Positions 16,580 to 26,010 of a stretch of DNA of 58,059 nt are shown here, piece by piece. Source of the stretch: a virus (Duplodnaviria; Caudoviricetes). The notes beneath the pieces were generated by a model. The model ran no database searches and was not told where the DNA came from. It worked only from the letters and a program-made list of their open reading frames with translations. A program made the position numbers and the translations under genes. The DNA lies in IMG/VR virus record IMGVR_UViG_3300033076_000920, positions 1-58,059 of that record, one strand, 5' to 3'. Numbering within the stretch: position 1 is the first letter of the stretch; every line of letters begins with the position of its first letter.

Positions 16580-18388
16580 TCAGATGGCTCCGATGTTGCC
16601 CACGATCTGGGCATCCCACTCGTAGGTTTGTCCTGCGACTCCAAGCACCTCGAGGATGATGTCGTTCCCGCTCACAGACCAACGCCAGTTGGTGGACGGA
16701 TCGTCCTCATGGCTAAAATCTGTCTGGGTGCTGGAAACGACAGGGGCCGCGCTACCAGTGCGCTTGCACGCTGCATAGGTGTACACCACGGCGACGTTGC
16801 CCTCGACGTCCGTGCGTTTTGCCACAAGATATGCCGTCAGCATTGCGACCGAAGAAACAGGCATCGGGATAGTTGCGCACGTCGTAAACGTGGCGTTCGT
16901 GGTCTGCACTCGCCCATGTTGGTGATAGTAGTGCTTCGTGGTCAGACCACCCGATGTGCCGATGGCGCCAAGGTCACTCATCACGCCGTTTGCCGAACGC
17001 ATCGACATGGCGTGATTACCGCTGAATATCAACTGTCCGCTCACGGGATTGGCCGTGGGTGCGGTGGCGTAGTCGGCGATGTATACCACGCGGTCACCGG
17101 TGCCCGCAGGAAGCTCCGTCGCCGTTACCGCAGCCCCGAGCCCGAGCACGACCGCTCTGCGCCCCGTGGCGACCTCCGCGACCTCGACCATGGGCTCTGC
17201 GCTGGTCTCGTCGAGCGAGAGCCGCACGCCGCCCTTGCGGCCCGTGCCGTGCGGCGAGCCCCCCGCAAGCGCAAGCGTGCCGCCGTTGCCGTTGCCTCCC
17301 AGCGAAGTCTGCGCCGCTATGGTCAGCGTTGCGCCGTTGCCGGTGGTCTTGTCCTCCTGATTGATAAGCGGAGTTGCTAACGTTTCGGCAATAGCGATCG
17401 TGCCGCCGCTGGTCGGGCCTTGAATATAAATATATGGACCGCCGCTAAGCCCAAGGCTGACGAAGTTGGTGCTATCAAGCACCAGATCGGCACCCGATGT
17501 AATCGTGATATCGCTCGATGCCGTAACGGCGACAGTGTTGCCGTCCACTGCGGTCGGATAGCTTGACGTGCCAAGCTCCACCACGTCTTGAGTTGCGGCA
17601 CCGAACGCGAGCACCGTTGCATCTGCCGCGTCGGCAAAGTCTCGCGCCTGCACCGTGAACGCCTGCGGCAAACGCACCTCGCCAGCTGTGGCGATAGGGT
17701 TTCCGCCTTGCGTGACTGCCAGATGCGACAGAGCCGTCGCGCTGTTGAGCTGCGTGCCCGAGACGTCGGCAGTTGCGCTCAGCACACCCGAGCCGTTGGT
17801 GATTACCACGCGGTCAGCCGTAAGCGAGCTCGGCAGGATGGCGTCGACCTTGGCCTTGTCTGCCGCCGACATGCTGCCAGCAGCCACGGAGCTTGCCGCG
17901 GTGATGGCGATGTTTGGCGATGCGCCGCCGCTCGATGTGATGGGAGCGCTAGCCGTCACGGTCGAGACGCCGCCAGACGCCACGTTGCGCACGGCGCTGT
18001 TGACGATACCCGTCCAACCAAACGCAGCCGAGCTCTCCGCGTTTTCGCCCACGCACGCCACCTCGAGGCCGGTGCCAGTGGCAGGCACCCACCACTTGCG
18101 CGTGGTGCTGTAGCTCGTGTCGAGCTGCCCGAGTCCGTTGATGCCGCCGTTGATGGTGCACCGAAGGATTGCCGCCGTGCCAGCTGCGCCCGCCGTGATG
18201 GTTGCGACGCTGCCCAGCGTGCCGCTCGTGGCGATGGTGTACGTGCCGCTCGTCTCGTCGGTACCGACGATGCTCCACGAGACCGACGACACGCCCGTGA
18301 GCGACGTCAGCGTGGCGACGACGGAGCCTCCCGCGGTGGCCTGGTACTTGTTGACGCTGCCGGTGAATGTAAACGCAGGTGACGGCAT
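16580..18388 (-). CDS. Tail fibre / large virion structural protein
   Basis: 602 aa, Gly/Ala/Ser/Thr rich, AGSMSAADKAKVD fibre motif; downstream of the baseplate genes. Confidence 0.7.
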   Translation of the reverse strand: MPSPAFTFTGSVNKYQATAGGSVVATLTSLTGVSSVSWSIVGTDETSGTYTIATSGTLGSVATITAGAAGTAAILRCTINGGINGLGQLDTSYSTTRKWWVPATGTGLEVACVGENAESSAAFGWTGIVNSAVRNVASGGVSTVTASAPITSSGGASPNIAITAASSVAAGSMSAADKAKVDAILPSSLTADRVVITNGSGVLSATADVSGTQLNSATALSHLAVTQGGNPIATAGEVRLPQAFTVQARDFADAADATVLAFGAATQDVVELGTSSYPTAVDGNTVAVTASSDITITSGADLVLDSTNFVSLGLSGGPYIYIQGPTSGGTIAIAETLATPLINQEDKTTGNGATLTIAAQTSLGGNGNGGTLALAGGSPHGTGRKGGVRLSLDETSAEPMVEVAEVATGRRAVVLGLGAAVTATELPAGTGDRVVYIADYATAPTANPVSGQLIFSGNHAMSMRSANGVMSDLGAIGTSGGLTTKHYYHQHGRVQTTNATFTTCATIPMPVSSVAMLTAYLVAKRTDVEGNVAVVYTYAACKRTGSAAPVVSSTQTDFSHEDDPSTNWRWSVSGNDIILEVLGVAGQTYEWDAQIVGNIGAI

Positions 18389-18397
18389 GATATTACC

Positions 18398-19024
18398 TCA
18401 GGCCCAGGAGTCCTCGATTGCCCCGAGCACCTGCAAGGTGGTCGGGCTCCACGTGATGGGCAGCCATTGCGACCCAGTCCACATGAGGTGCAGATATGCC
18501 CACTTTTCGCCTTGAAACACGACCGCTGTGGCGCCGAAGTTCAACGTGCACGTGTGGTTGCTCGGCGCGGTGTTGGTCATGTTCACGCTTGCCCGGACGA
18601 TGCGCAGCACGTGTCCGGTCTTTGGCACGGGCGACGTGCCGAGGATGGTGTAGGCGCGATTGCCGGTCAGTGTGACAGGGATCATCAGCACATCGCGCGT
18701 CGCGCCCTGCACAGTCTGGTCGGCATCGTTGAGCGTAAGCAAGCGAAGGCCGATGCCTGCGTTATTGCCGCTCAGCACCACCTGACCCGTTACCGTTTCG
18801 GTGCCGCTGACGTTGAGCGCGCCTGCTACCGCAAGCGTGTTCGATGCGCCGATGGTGACGCCAGCGCTACCCGCGAGTGTCAACGCGCCGCTCGGGCTGT
18901 AGGTGCCGCCTGCGTTGCCATCGATCGCGCGTGACTGGTTGAGATCAATCTGGTTGATCTGTGCAGCCGTGATGGTGTCGACGTTGTCGGTCCATCCCGT
19001 TGGCTTTGCTCGTGAAAACGTCAT
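18398..19024 (-). CDS. Short tail-fibre-like protein, paralog A
   Basis: Colinear with 19034-19660 (MTF.RA.P.GWTD.VD.ITA.Q.NQID ... AIEDSW). Confidence 0.7.
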   Translation of the reverse strand: MTFSRAKPTGWTDNVDTITAAQINQIDLNQSRAIDGNAGGTYSPSGALTLAGSAGVTIGASNTLAVAGALNVSGTETVTGQVVLSGNNAGIGLRLLTLNDADQTVQGATRDVLMIPVTLTGNRAYTILGTSPVPKTGHVLRIVRASVNMTNTAPSNHTCTLNFGATAVVFQGEKWAYLHLMWTGSQWLPITWSPTTLQVLGAIEDSWA

Positions 19025-19033
19025 CGCATCACC

Positions 19034-19660
19034 TCACGACCACGAATCTTCAATCGCCAGCGCCAGGTCAATCGTGGTGGGCGACCACTCTACGGGATAC
19101 CATGCCGAGCCGTCCCACATGATGGTCCAAAACGCGAACCTAATTTCAAGAAAATCGGTGTTCACCGCGCCACCAAAGTCAATAGTGGCTCTATGCAGGG
19201 TCGGCTGAGTGCCAGCGATATCGCGAACAGTGCGTACGATCTTGAGCATGTGCCCAATCACTGGCACCGGAGACGTTGCCAGCACCGTATAGGTGCGATT
19301 TCCTGTCAATATGTATGGAATGTGGAACACGTCCACGCGACCACCTTGAAACGCAAGGTCAGAGTCTGGAGCCGTCAAGATGCGCTGCGACAGCTGACCG
19401 TTGCCTGACAGAATCAAGCCGCCCGTCTGCGTTTGCGTGCCAGACATCGCCAGCGTGCCGTTTACTCGAATGTTGTTCGATGTTGTTATGTTGACGCCAG
19501 CTGAGCCGCCGATCGTCAACGCTCCGTTCGGCAGATACGAACCACCAGCCGAGCCGTCGAGCGCGCGCGAGATGTTGACGTCGATCTGGTTGAGCTGCGG
19601 CGCCGTGATTGGGTCCACGGCATCTGTCCAGCCAGCAGGTAGTGCGCGCGTGAACGTCAT
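19034..19660 (-). CDS. Short tail-fibre-like protein, paralog B
   Basis: Start MTFTRA at 19660; same length (208 aa) and motifs as paralog A. Confidence 0.7.
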   Translation of the reverse strand: MTFTRALPAGWTDAVDPITAPQLNQIDVNISRALDGSAGGSYLPNGALTIGGSAGVNITTSNNIRVNGTLAMSGTQTQTGGLILSGNGQLSQRILTAPDSDLAFQGGRVDVFHIPYILTGNRTYTVLATSPVPVIGHMLKIVRTVRDIAGTQPTLHRATIDFGGAVNTDFLEIRFAFWTIMWDGSAWYPVEWSPTTIDLALAIEDSWS

Positions 19661-20310
19661 ACAAACGTGCTCCCAACGATGCCAACGCCAGCGATAAACG
19701 AAGAGCCCACGCCGATGCGGTAGGACATCCAAGCTGGGATCATGCCGTCGATGAGCTCCGCGGCTCGGGCCTTCTGCTGCAAAAACTCGGTATCTGTCAG
19801 CGCGCCTTGTTGCACTTGCACGCCTACGATGGCGCGGTTGCTCGTCCACTCGAACCCAGGCGGCCCTGGATTGATCCCAGGCCAGTACACGACCTCGCCA
19901 GCCACTGGCACAAACACCAGCTGCACGAAGCTCGCGCCTAGCAGCTCCTCGAGCGCCGCGCTCATGTCGCCTACGGTCACGCCGATGAGCCCACGCAGAC
20001 GCGACGCTACGCGAGCTCTGCGCACCTGCACGCCATCGCTCGAGCTGGGGCGAGTTCGGCACGCCGTTTCCCACGAGGTGAGCGTCTCGAGCATGCGCGC
20101 AGGGATGATCGAGCACCGCGCGCGCCCAGCTGCTACCCATGCGACCGTGATGCCGAGCGCCTGCGCTAGCGCCTCGGGGTAGACCTCGGAGTCGGTGGTC
20201 ACGTCGAGATACGGCGTGAGCGCGTCAAGCAACGCCTCGTGCTCGAGCTCGACGGTGTGTTTCTGCCCGCCCCAACGGCGAGGAAACGGAGAGCGGCCCC
20301 ACCTAGCCAT
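19657..20310 (-). CDS. Baseplate protein (Mu gp48-like)
   Basis: L..WE.......RRARV..R pattern and C-terminal PAW; position after baseplate J. Confidence 0.6.
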   Translation of the reverse strand: MARWGRSPFPRRWGGQKHTVELEHEALLDALTPYLDVTTDSEVYPEALAQALGITVAWVAAGRARCSIIPARMLETLTSWETACRTRPSSSDGVQVRRARVASRLRGLIGVTVGDMSAALEELLGASFVQLVFVPVAGEVVYWPGINPGPPGFEWTSNRAIVGVQVQQGALTDTEFLQQKARAAELIDGMIPAWMSYRIGVGSSFIAGVGIVGSTFV

Positions 20311-20313
20311 GCG

Positions 20314-20796
20314 TCACCAGGCCACCACGCCGACCTTGGTGCCGACGGTGTAGTCTACCAGGGTGCCTGCCATGTCGAACGTGTAGACCGTCGCCACGGC
20401 GCCGGAAACGGTGCATTGCACCACGCCTGGCACCGTGCCGCTCTCGACGGTGCCCAGCGCCTTGAATAGCGAGAACGTTTCAGTGATGTTGAGCCCGTCG
20501 AGGTAGCTCGTCGCAAACGTCGCCGTGTACGTTCCCGTGCCGGTGCGCACGACCACAGGCTTCGTGCTGGCTCCGAGTCCGTATTGCTGGCGGCAGTTGA
20601 CGTTGGCCGCCGAGACTGTGCCAGAGGCCACGCACAGGAAGTCAAAAACGGCCTTTGGGCTCGTGCGCGTGCCCTGCGCGGTGTCCTCCGCGTGCCGGTT
20701 GTAGTCGTCGGCTGGCTGCTCGTTGACAGGGTTTTCAACGGGCAACGCGTCCTGATATGGCGCGCCGTACGTGGTGAGGTCTCGCGGTAGCGTCAT
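20314..20796 (-). CDS. Virion structural protein
   Basis: VVRTGTGTYTATF beta motif; inside the baseplate operon. Confidence 0.55.
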   Translation of the reverse strand: MTLPRDLTTYGAPYQDALPVENPVNEQPADDYNRHAEDTAQGTRTSPKAVFDFLCVASGTVSAANVNCRQQYGLGASTKPVVVRTGTGTYTATFATSYLDGLNITETFSLFKALGTVESGTVPGVVQCTVSGAVATVYTFDMAGTLVDYTVGTKVGVVAW

Positions 20797-20800
20797 GGCG

Positions 20801-22330
20801 TCACGTCGTGGGCCGCAGCGCGGCGTGGGCTAGGGTGATGATCTCGGGTGGCTGGCTCGTCGTCGCTGGCACCACGGGGCTTGTGCGCGGCGTGCTGGTG
20901 CCCTCATCTACTCGAGCAAGCCACGACACGTCCTCAATCTCGTCGAAGTTGCCGTCGAGGTCGCTGAGCACCTGCGAGCTCAGGTTGGCAGGGTTAGCCA
21001 CGTCGATTGCTGGCTGCCTGCGACCACGAGGCAGGATGTCGGTGCTCGTCGTTTTCTCGCCAGGGCCAAGCGCGCGGATGCTCTGCGCGATGCGTAGGCC
21101 GTAGTCGAGCATGCGCGTCGCATCGGGCGACACGTAACTGTTGAGCGGCGATACGACAAACCCGCCGTTCACCTGGATCTGCCACGCCGATGCGCTGCCG
21201 GCCACGTTGGTGACGACGTACTGACGGAAGCCACCGAACGCGCCTGTGATGCCGTTGATCGTGACCACCTTGGTCGCATCCCAGATCGCGATGTGCTGAC
21301 CCACAACTGGAGCAATCACGGTGCGCACGTAGGCCGTCGAGCCGATGAGACCGATGACCTTGCCGTCGTCACCACCCATGATGAACGTGCCTCGAGGCCA
21401 CGGCGAAGCGTCAAGCCAACCTCCACCGCTACCACCTGCAGTGATGGCGTATGGAAGGCTTATGCCGATCAGCACGTCGACGCGCCGAGGCGTGACGGTC
21501 GTCACGTTGACCGACTCGTGCCCAGGCAGCTGCGAGGTGATGTAGCTCGCAACGCTCGAGACGTACTGCGCGTCGACGGTGCGGTTTGCCGCCGTGCTCG
21601 TGAGCGCCACGTCCACGCTAGCGGGACCTCGCACTGCAGCGTAGACGTACGCCTTCTCGACGGCTGCTGTGGTGGTCTCGGCCCAGGCCTTGACCTGCGC
21701 GACGTTGCCACCGCCCTGCGGAAACGACAGCCGGTCAAAGAGGCGCTGACGTAGCACCTCCTCGGAGTCCGCATCGCTGCCGCCAGTCAGCCCACCGCTC
21801 ACCGTGCACGTGGGTAGCAAGAACCCGATCGACGCGCTGTCCCACGTGCACGCCACGCCCGCACTAAGGTTGCTCGAGGCGCCACCCTCCTGCGCGATGA
21901 CAGGCACGAGCGCGCCGTTGGCCACCGCCACGCTGGTGCCGGTGGTCTGGTACTTGATGCCGCTCGGGCTCGTTAGCACGTAGCCGGCGGGGATAGTCAC
22001 TGTGCCCGACGACACTTGGATCGCCACGTTACCTGCCGCGGGGCTCGCCTCGCGCCTGGTGACGCCGTAGACGCTCGCCAGGTCCTCGAGATATTGGCCA
22101 GTGGCCTCGGTCGGCGAAAGCTGCGCGATGGTGGCCTGCAGGTTGGCGAACGCGATGCTTGCGCGCTTGGCGAGCGCATCGTGGCGGATGTAGTGGTCGC
22201 TCCCAGGGAGCACGTTGGCCGAGATGCCACGGCGCGCAAAGCCCAGCACCACGGTGCGCAGGAGCGCCGCGCGCAGCTCGGACGGTGTCGGGTAGTTGGC
22301 TTGGTCGACCTCGGGAAGCGCCATGGTCAC
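20801..22330 (-). CDS. Baseplate J / Mu gp47-like wedge protein
   Basis: ATGQYLE.LA..YGV.R, GGSDADSEE.LRQRL, GGN...WA, RGPASVDV. Confidence 0.9.
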   Translation of the reverse strand: MTMALPEVDQANYPTPSELRAALLRTVVLGFARRGISANVLPGSDHYIRHDALAKRASIAFANLQATIAQLSPTEATGQYLEDLASVYGVTRREASPAAGNVAIQVSSGTVTIPAGYVLTSPSGIKYQTTGTSVAVANGALVPVIAQEGGASSNLSAGVACTWDSASIGFLLPTCTVSGGLTGGSDADSEEVLRQRLFDRLSFPQGGGNVAQVKAWAETTTAAVEKAYVYAAVRGPASVDVALTSTAANRTVDAQYVSSVASYITSQLPGHESVNVTTVTPRRVDVLIGISLPYAITAGGSGGGWLDASPWPRGTFIMGGDDGKVIGLIGSTAYVRTVIAPVVGQHIAIWDATKVVTINGITGAFGGFRQYVVTNVAGSASAWQIQVNGGFVVSPLNSYVSPDATRMLDYGLRIAQSIRALGPGEKTTSTDILPRGRRQPAIDVANPANLSSQVLSDLDGNFDEIEDVSWLARVDEGTSTPRTSPVVPATTSQPPEIITLAHAALRPTT

Positions 22331-22755
22331 TCACTCAGGGCCGCAAGGGCCGTCTGTTTAGTGCGAGTCTTTAGGTTGGTGAACGTCACGCGCGCTGCGA
22401 GCTGGCCCGCACGCTCTGAGACCACGTCGATGGTGTCGAGCGTGATGGAGCGCTCGACATTGATCATGTCGCTCAACGCTGCGATGACGGCCTCGCGGAT
22501 GCTCGCTATGGCCCGCGGCGTGATCTTCGGCGGCACTCGCACGGCGCCGCTCACGAGCAGCACCACGCGCTGACCTGTGTCGTCCATGCCCTCGAATCCG
22601 CCCTGCGCGTTGCCCACGTAGCGCTGCGTCACGAAGTCGATGCGCCTCGAGCTGGTCAGCGTCGTCGGCGGCTTTGCGTTGACCGCTTCGGGCACCGCGT
22701 ACCCTGCCGTGACCACGCCGAACGGGCCCACGCCCATGGCCGAGGAGATGCTCAT
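22327..22755 (-). CDS. Baseplate wedge protein (gp25/Mu gp46-like)
   Basis: Size, IRE.V..AL..M motif, position between spike and J. Confidence 0.6.
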   Translation of the reverse strand: MSISSAMGVGPFGVVTAGYAVPEAVNAKPPTTLTSSRRIDFVTQRYVGNAQGGFEGMDDTGQRVVLLVSGAVRVPPKITPRAIASIREAVIAALSDMINVERSITLDTIDVVSERAGQLAARVTFTNLKTRTKQTALAALSE

Positions 22756-23441
22756 GGCAGCGCGTAGACCCTCGTCGAGGGCACCGTGCCAGGCCCCGAC
22801 TGGATAGCGACAGGCAGCAGCGCGCCCGAAGGCGCGCCCGCAGTCACCTCGAACACAGGCACCCCGCCGAACGTCACGGTGACGTTGCCGCTAGGTGCGA
22901 TGGTCAGCTCGGTGGCGCCCACGGCTGCAGTGATACCAGAGCTCGCGCTCACTGTCGCGGTCGAGCTGCCTGCTGTCACCGTTGTTGAGTCGCCGACGAT
23001 CTGAACGCTCGTGGCCTGCGCGTTCTCGAGCATGATGGTGTCGTTGGGCCCGTCGAGCCGCACCTGCACCGGGTTGCCCGCGTTCTCGGTGTAGAGCTCG
23101 ACCACCTCGCTCTGCTTGACGATGCGGATACGCGGCGCGCCGTCCGTGACGATGGCCCGGTCGCCAGGAGCAAGCGCACCAGCTCGCGTTGCGATGCGAT
23201 TGTCGCGGCACGCGAACACGCGCTTCATGTTGCCGTCGACCAGGTACAGCGCTCGACATGCCGAGCCATGCGACGCCGCGTTGGGCACGGCGATGTACCC
23301 ATCGGGGCCCCAAATCGCTGCATCTGCGCCCCAGCCGTCCCCATCGATGCTGTCACCGATTGTGACGTAGACCTCGCCGGACGATACCTGCGAGCCGAGC
23401 ACATCCGAGATGTCGGTGAGGTAGTCTGCGTTGCGCGGCAT
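22752..23441 (-). CDS. Baseplate spike (Mu gp45-like)
   Basis: G...VP, DNR....L.PGD.AI, beta-repeat C-terminus; start MPRNAD. Confidence 0.7.
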   Translation of the reverse strand: MPRNADYLTDISDVLGSQVSSGEVYVTIGDSIDGDGWGADAAIWGPDGYIAVPNAASHGSACRALYLVDGNMKRVFACRDNRIATRAGALAPGDRAIVTDGAPRIRIVKQSEVVELYTENAGNPVQVRLDGPNDTIMLENAQATSVQIVGDSTTVTAGSSTATVSASSGITAAVGATELTIAPSGNVTVTFGGVPVFEVTAGAPSGALLPVAIQSGPGTVPSTRVYALP

Positions 23442-23442
23442 G

Positions 23443-23928
23443 TTAGGCCCCCACCTGGAGCGCCGACCAGATGTCGATCCACTGGATGGCGAAGTCGGAA
23501 GGTCGCTGGATGTAGAAGTGCAGGTATTTGCACACCGTGTCGAGCTTGGCCTGGCTGTCAATCGGGTCTTGCCCGGATGGCCCCACGATGCTCCCAAACT
23601 GGGCGATGCCCGCGGCGCTCACCGAGATCTCCCACCCCCCGATGCTGGCGGGATCTTCGATGAGCGTGAACAGCGGCGACGAGCTCTCGCGACGCTGCGA
23701 GAGATACGCTCGGTATGCAGGCGGTCCGGCTACGTTGCCCGAGATGTAAAACACCAACGGAAACGAGAACGGCACGGTCGGCGCGCGCGTGGGCAGGTTG
23801 GTGAATCCTGCATCGAAGCCGTTGGCTCGCACGAGACTCGACGGATACACCTCGTATCCATCGTTGCCGATGGCCTTGCTCTGCGAGAACGCGTAGCGAA
23901 AGTCGCTGTAGCTGCTCAGGATCGTCAT
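23443..23928 (-). CDS. Hypothetical protein between hub and spike
   Basis: Fits the gap; GAGG RBS. Confidence 0.55.
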   Translation of the reverse strand: MTILSSYSDFRYAFSQSKAIGNDGYEVYPSSLVRANGFDAGFTNLPTRAPTVPFSFPLVFYISGNVAGPPAYRAYLSQRRESSSPLFTLIEDPASIGGWEISVSAAGIAQFGSIVGPSGQDPIDSQAKLDTVCKYLHFYIQRPSDFAIQWIDIWSALQVGA

Positions 23929-23935
23929 GGCTGCC

Positions 23936-25123
23936 TCACTGCGGGAGCTCTCCTAGCACGAGCGCTCCGATGGGGATGAGCTTGAGACGCGTGCGCTGAC
24001 CTGCCGTGCGGTCCTGCGATAGCTCGCGCTCAAGAATCCACATCGGCTCGTTGATCCCAAACGCGTCGCACACCACCTGAGCCACCGTATCGACCTGCCA
24101 CACCGCGCCGGTTGCCGAGACGATGCCAGGCACTTCGCACATAAACTGATATGCGTTGATCGCTGGCAGACTGAGCGCAAGTGTCGCAAGGTTTTTGCTT
24201 CGCTGAATGTCGCGCGCGGTCTTGTCCTTGATGATGCGAGGCTTGTACAGTTGCTGCGTGGACGAATACGCGCTGCGAGCTGGAAGGACGCTCGCAGGCA
24301 CGGTAACGTCGGGCTCTGCGACAGTCTGCACGGCTTGTTGTTCTGCTCGAGTGCCGCGCACGCGCACCTCGGAGAACTGACCATCATTCGTTGAGTTGTC
24401 GCTGCACGTGAGCATCACGTCCGCATCTGTCGGGTACCGCCCGTTGAAGCTTTGCGCGACCGTGTAGAGCGGAGCTTGCGCGTAGTCAGGCGCGCAAACG
24501 AGAAGCTTTGCGTCGTAGCTCTGCCGCAGCACCACGCCGAGCCGGTTGACGATGCGCGCGCAAAACGCATAGGCCGTCTCGCCCTCTTGCGCTTGGCAAT
24601 CTTGATGCTTGAGCGCAGCGACTGGCACGCCAGTGCCTCGACCGGAAACAGGTTTTCCGCTGGCAGCATACACGCTCGCGCTGTTGTCGCCGATGACCGT
24701 GCTGAAGCCAAACGGAGCCATCACCTGGAGAATCAGATCGGCGACAGGCACATCGGTTTTTGCGCTAAAGGTCAAGCGAGGATTGACGCTGGCCTCGTAC
24801 GCAGCATGCAGCAAGGTCTTCGCTGTGCATGCGAACACCGCGCCGTTTTGCCTCGTCAACGTGCGCCGCACGCCCGAGATGATGTATACGCCTTGGATGG
24901 CGCCATTGACATAGATCAACACCAGCTGACCCTTGACGAGAAGCTGGTTGATTCGAGGCAACGTGTCTCGCGTCGGGATTGTCTCAAACACCAGATCGCC
25001 CACTGGATCGGTGAACGTCTCGCGCATGGAAAACGACGTCCACGAATCGATAACGATCTGCTGATCCTCAAACGCGCGCATCTCGACGACAACGCGCTGC
25101 CCGCTGTAGGTTTGCGTGGCCAT
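23936..25123 (-). CDS. Baseplate hub (Mu gp44/P2 D-like)
   Basis: WTSFS, GETAYAF..R, WQVDTV.QV, RT.L.L.P motifs. Confidence 0.8.
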   Translation of the reverse strand: MATQTYSGQRVVVEMRAFEDQQIVIDSWTSFSMRETFTDPVGDLVFETIPTRDTLPRINQLLVKGQLVLIYVNGAIQGVYIISGVRRTLTRQNGAVFACTAKTLLHAAYEASVNPRLTFSAKTDVPVADLILQVMAPFGFSTVIGDNSASVYAASGKPVSGRGTGVPVAALKHQDCQAQEGETAYAFCARIVNRLGVVLRQSYDAKLLVCAPDYAQAPLYTVAQSFNGRYPTDADVMLTCSDNSTNDGQFSEVRVRGTRAEQQAVQTVAEPDVTVPASVLPARSAYSSTQQLYKPRIIKDKTARDIQRSKNLATLALSLPAINAYQFMCEVPGIVSATGAVWQVDTVAQVVCDAFGINEPMWILERELSQDRTAGQRTRLKLIPIGALVLGELPQ

Positions 25124-26010
25124 CAGCCGTAGAACGCGAGCGACGTGCCCGCCTTGATGATGGGTCCAGTGACGAGGCCCGCGTTGAGGCCAAGCGCATC
25201 CTCGAACGTATTGCCGTAGAGCTTCGCGAACGCGTCAAGCGAGATGTCGTTGGGCAAGGTGATTTGCTGGACGTTGCGGTAGTTCTGCGAGGCGCCTGTG
25301 GCAGCCTGCGCGCGCAAGCCCATCGTCAAGCACTCGGACAGCCACTCGACCGGCACGTCGCGCAACAAGTCCCTGACCGCCACCTGGAGCGAGACGGTGT
25401 CGGCGTAGCCAGCGATGCGCTCTGCCTCACGCGAGTAGTCCAGGCTCTGCGTTGGCAGCGTGCCTAGGTTGTTCACCGCAAGCTCGAACGACTCGAACCC
25501 GAGGCCTTCTGGCACCTCATAGCCCGTGAGCTGCATCGCCTGGTCGAGCGCCTTGCCGTAGACCTTGGGCGAGAGCTCGGTCCCTGGGAGTCGCACCGTC
25601 AGCTCGGTCGGGTCGAAGAAGCTCTCGGCCCATGTGACCTGGAGCGTGATGCCTCCTCGGTCCTTCGACGGGTCTACGGTGGCCGACCACGTCATGACGC
25701 GGGCGAAGATGTTGCCCAGCACCGGATGCGATAGGCCGTCAATCTTGCCGTTTTCGAGCGCGTCTAGCCACTTCTCCAGCCTTGCTGGGAGCAGGTCAGA
25801 TGCGATGGTGTTGTTGAACACCAGCGTCGCGCGGATGCTGTACGGCGTGCGGCCAGTGTTGTCGTGCGCGGCGCCATCGACGTACGGATACTTGCGCTCG
25901 GCCTGGTCGTGCCCTCCGTCGAACGACGTTTCGATGCACGGTGCCGTAAGCGCGCCCCACGTGATCTCTTGGAGATTGCCGATCCAGTCGTATGCGCCGG
26001 ACATGGTCAA
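25123..26010 (-). CDS. Mu gp43-like 'DNA circularization' / tail initiator protein
   Basis: GGH......YPY.DG...D.TGR and L.HP.LG motifs; LysM-like C-terminus. Confidence 0.78.
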   Translation of the reverse strand: MTMSGAYDWIGNLQEITWGALTAPCIETSFDGGHDQAERKYPYVDGAAHDNTGRTPYSIRATLVFNNTIASDLLPARLEKWLDALENGKIDGLSHPVLGNIFARVMTWSATVDPSKDRGGITLQVTWAESFFDPTELTVRLPGTELSPKVYGKALDQAMQLTGYEVPEGLGFESFELAVNNLGTLPTQSLDYSREAERIAGYADTVSLQVAVRDLLRDVPVEWLSECLTMGLRAQAATGASQNYRNVQQITLPNDISLDAFAKLYGNTFEDALGLNAGLVTGPIIKAGTSLAFYG

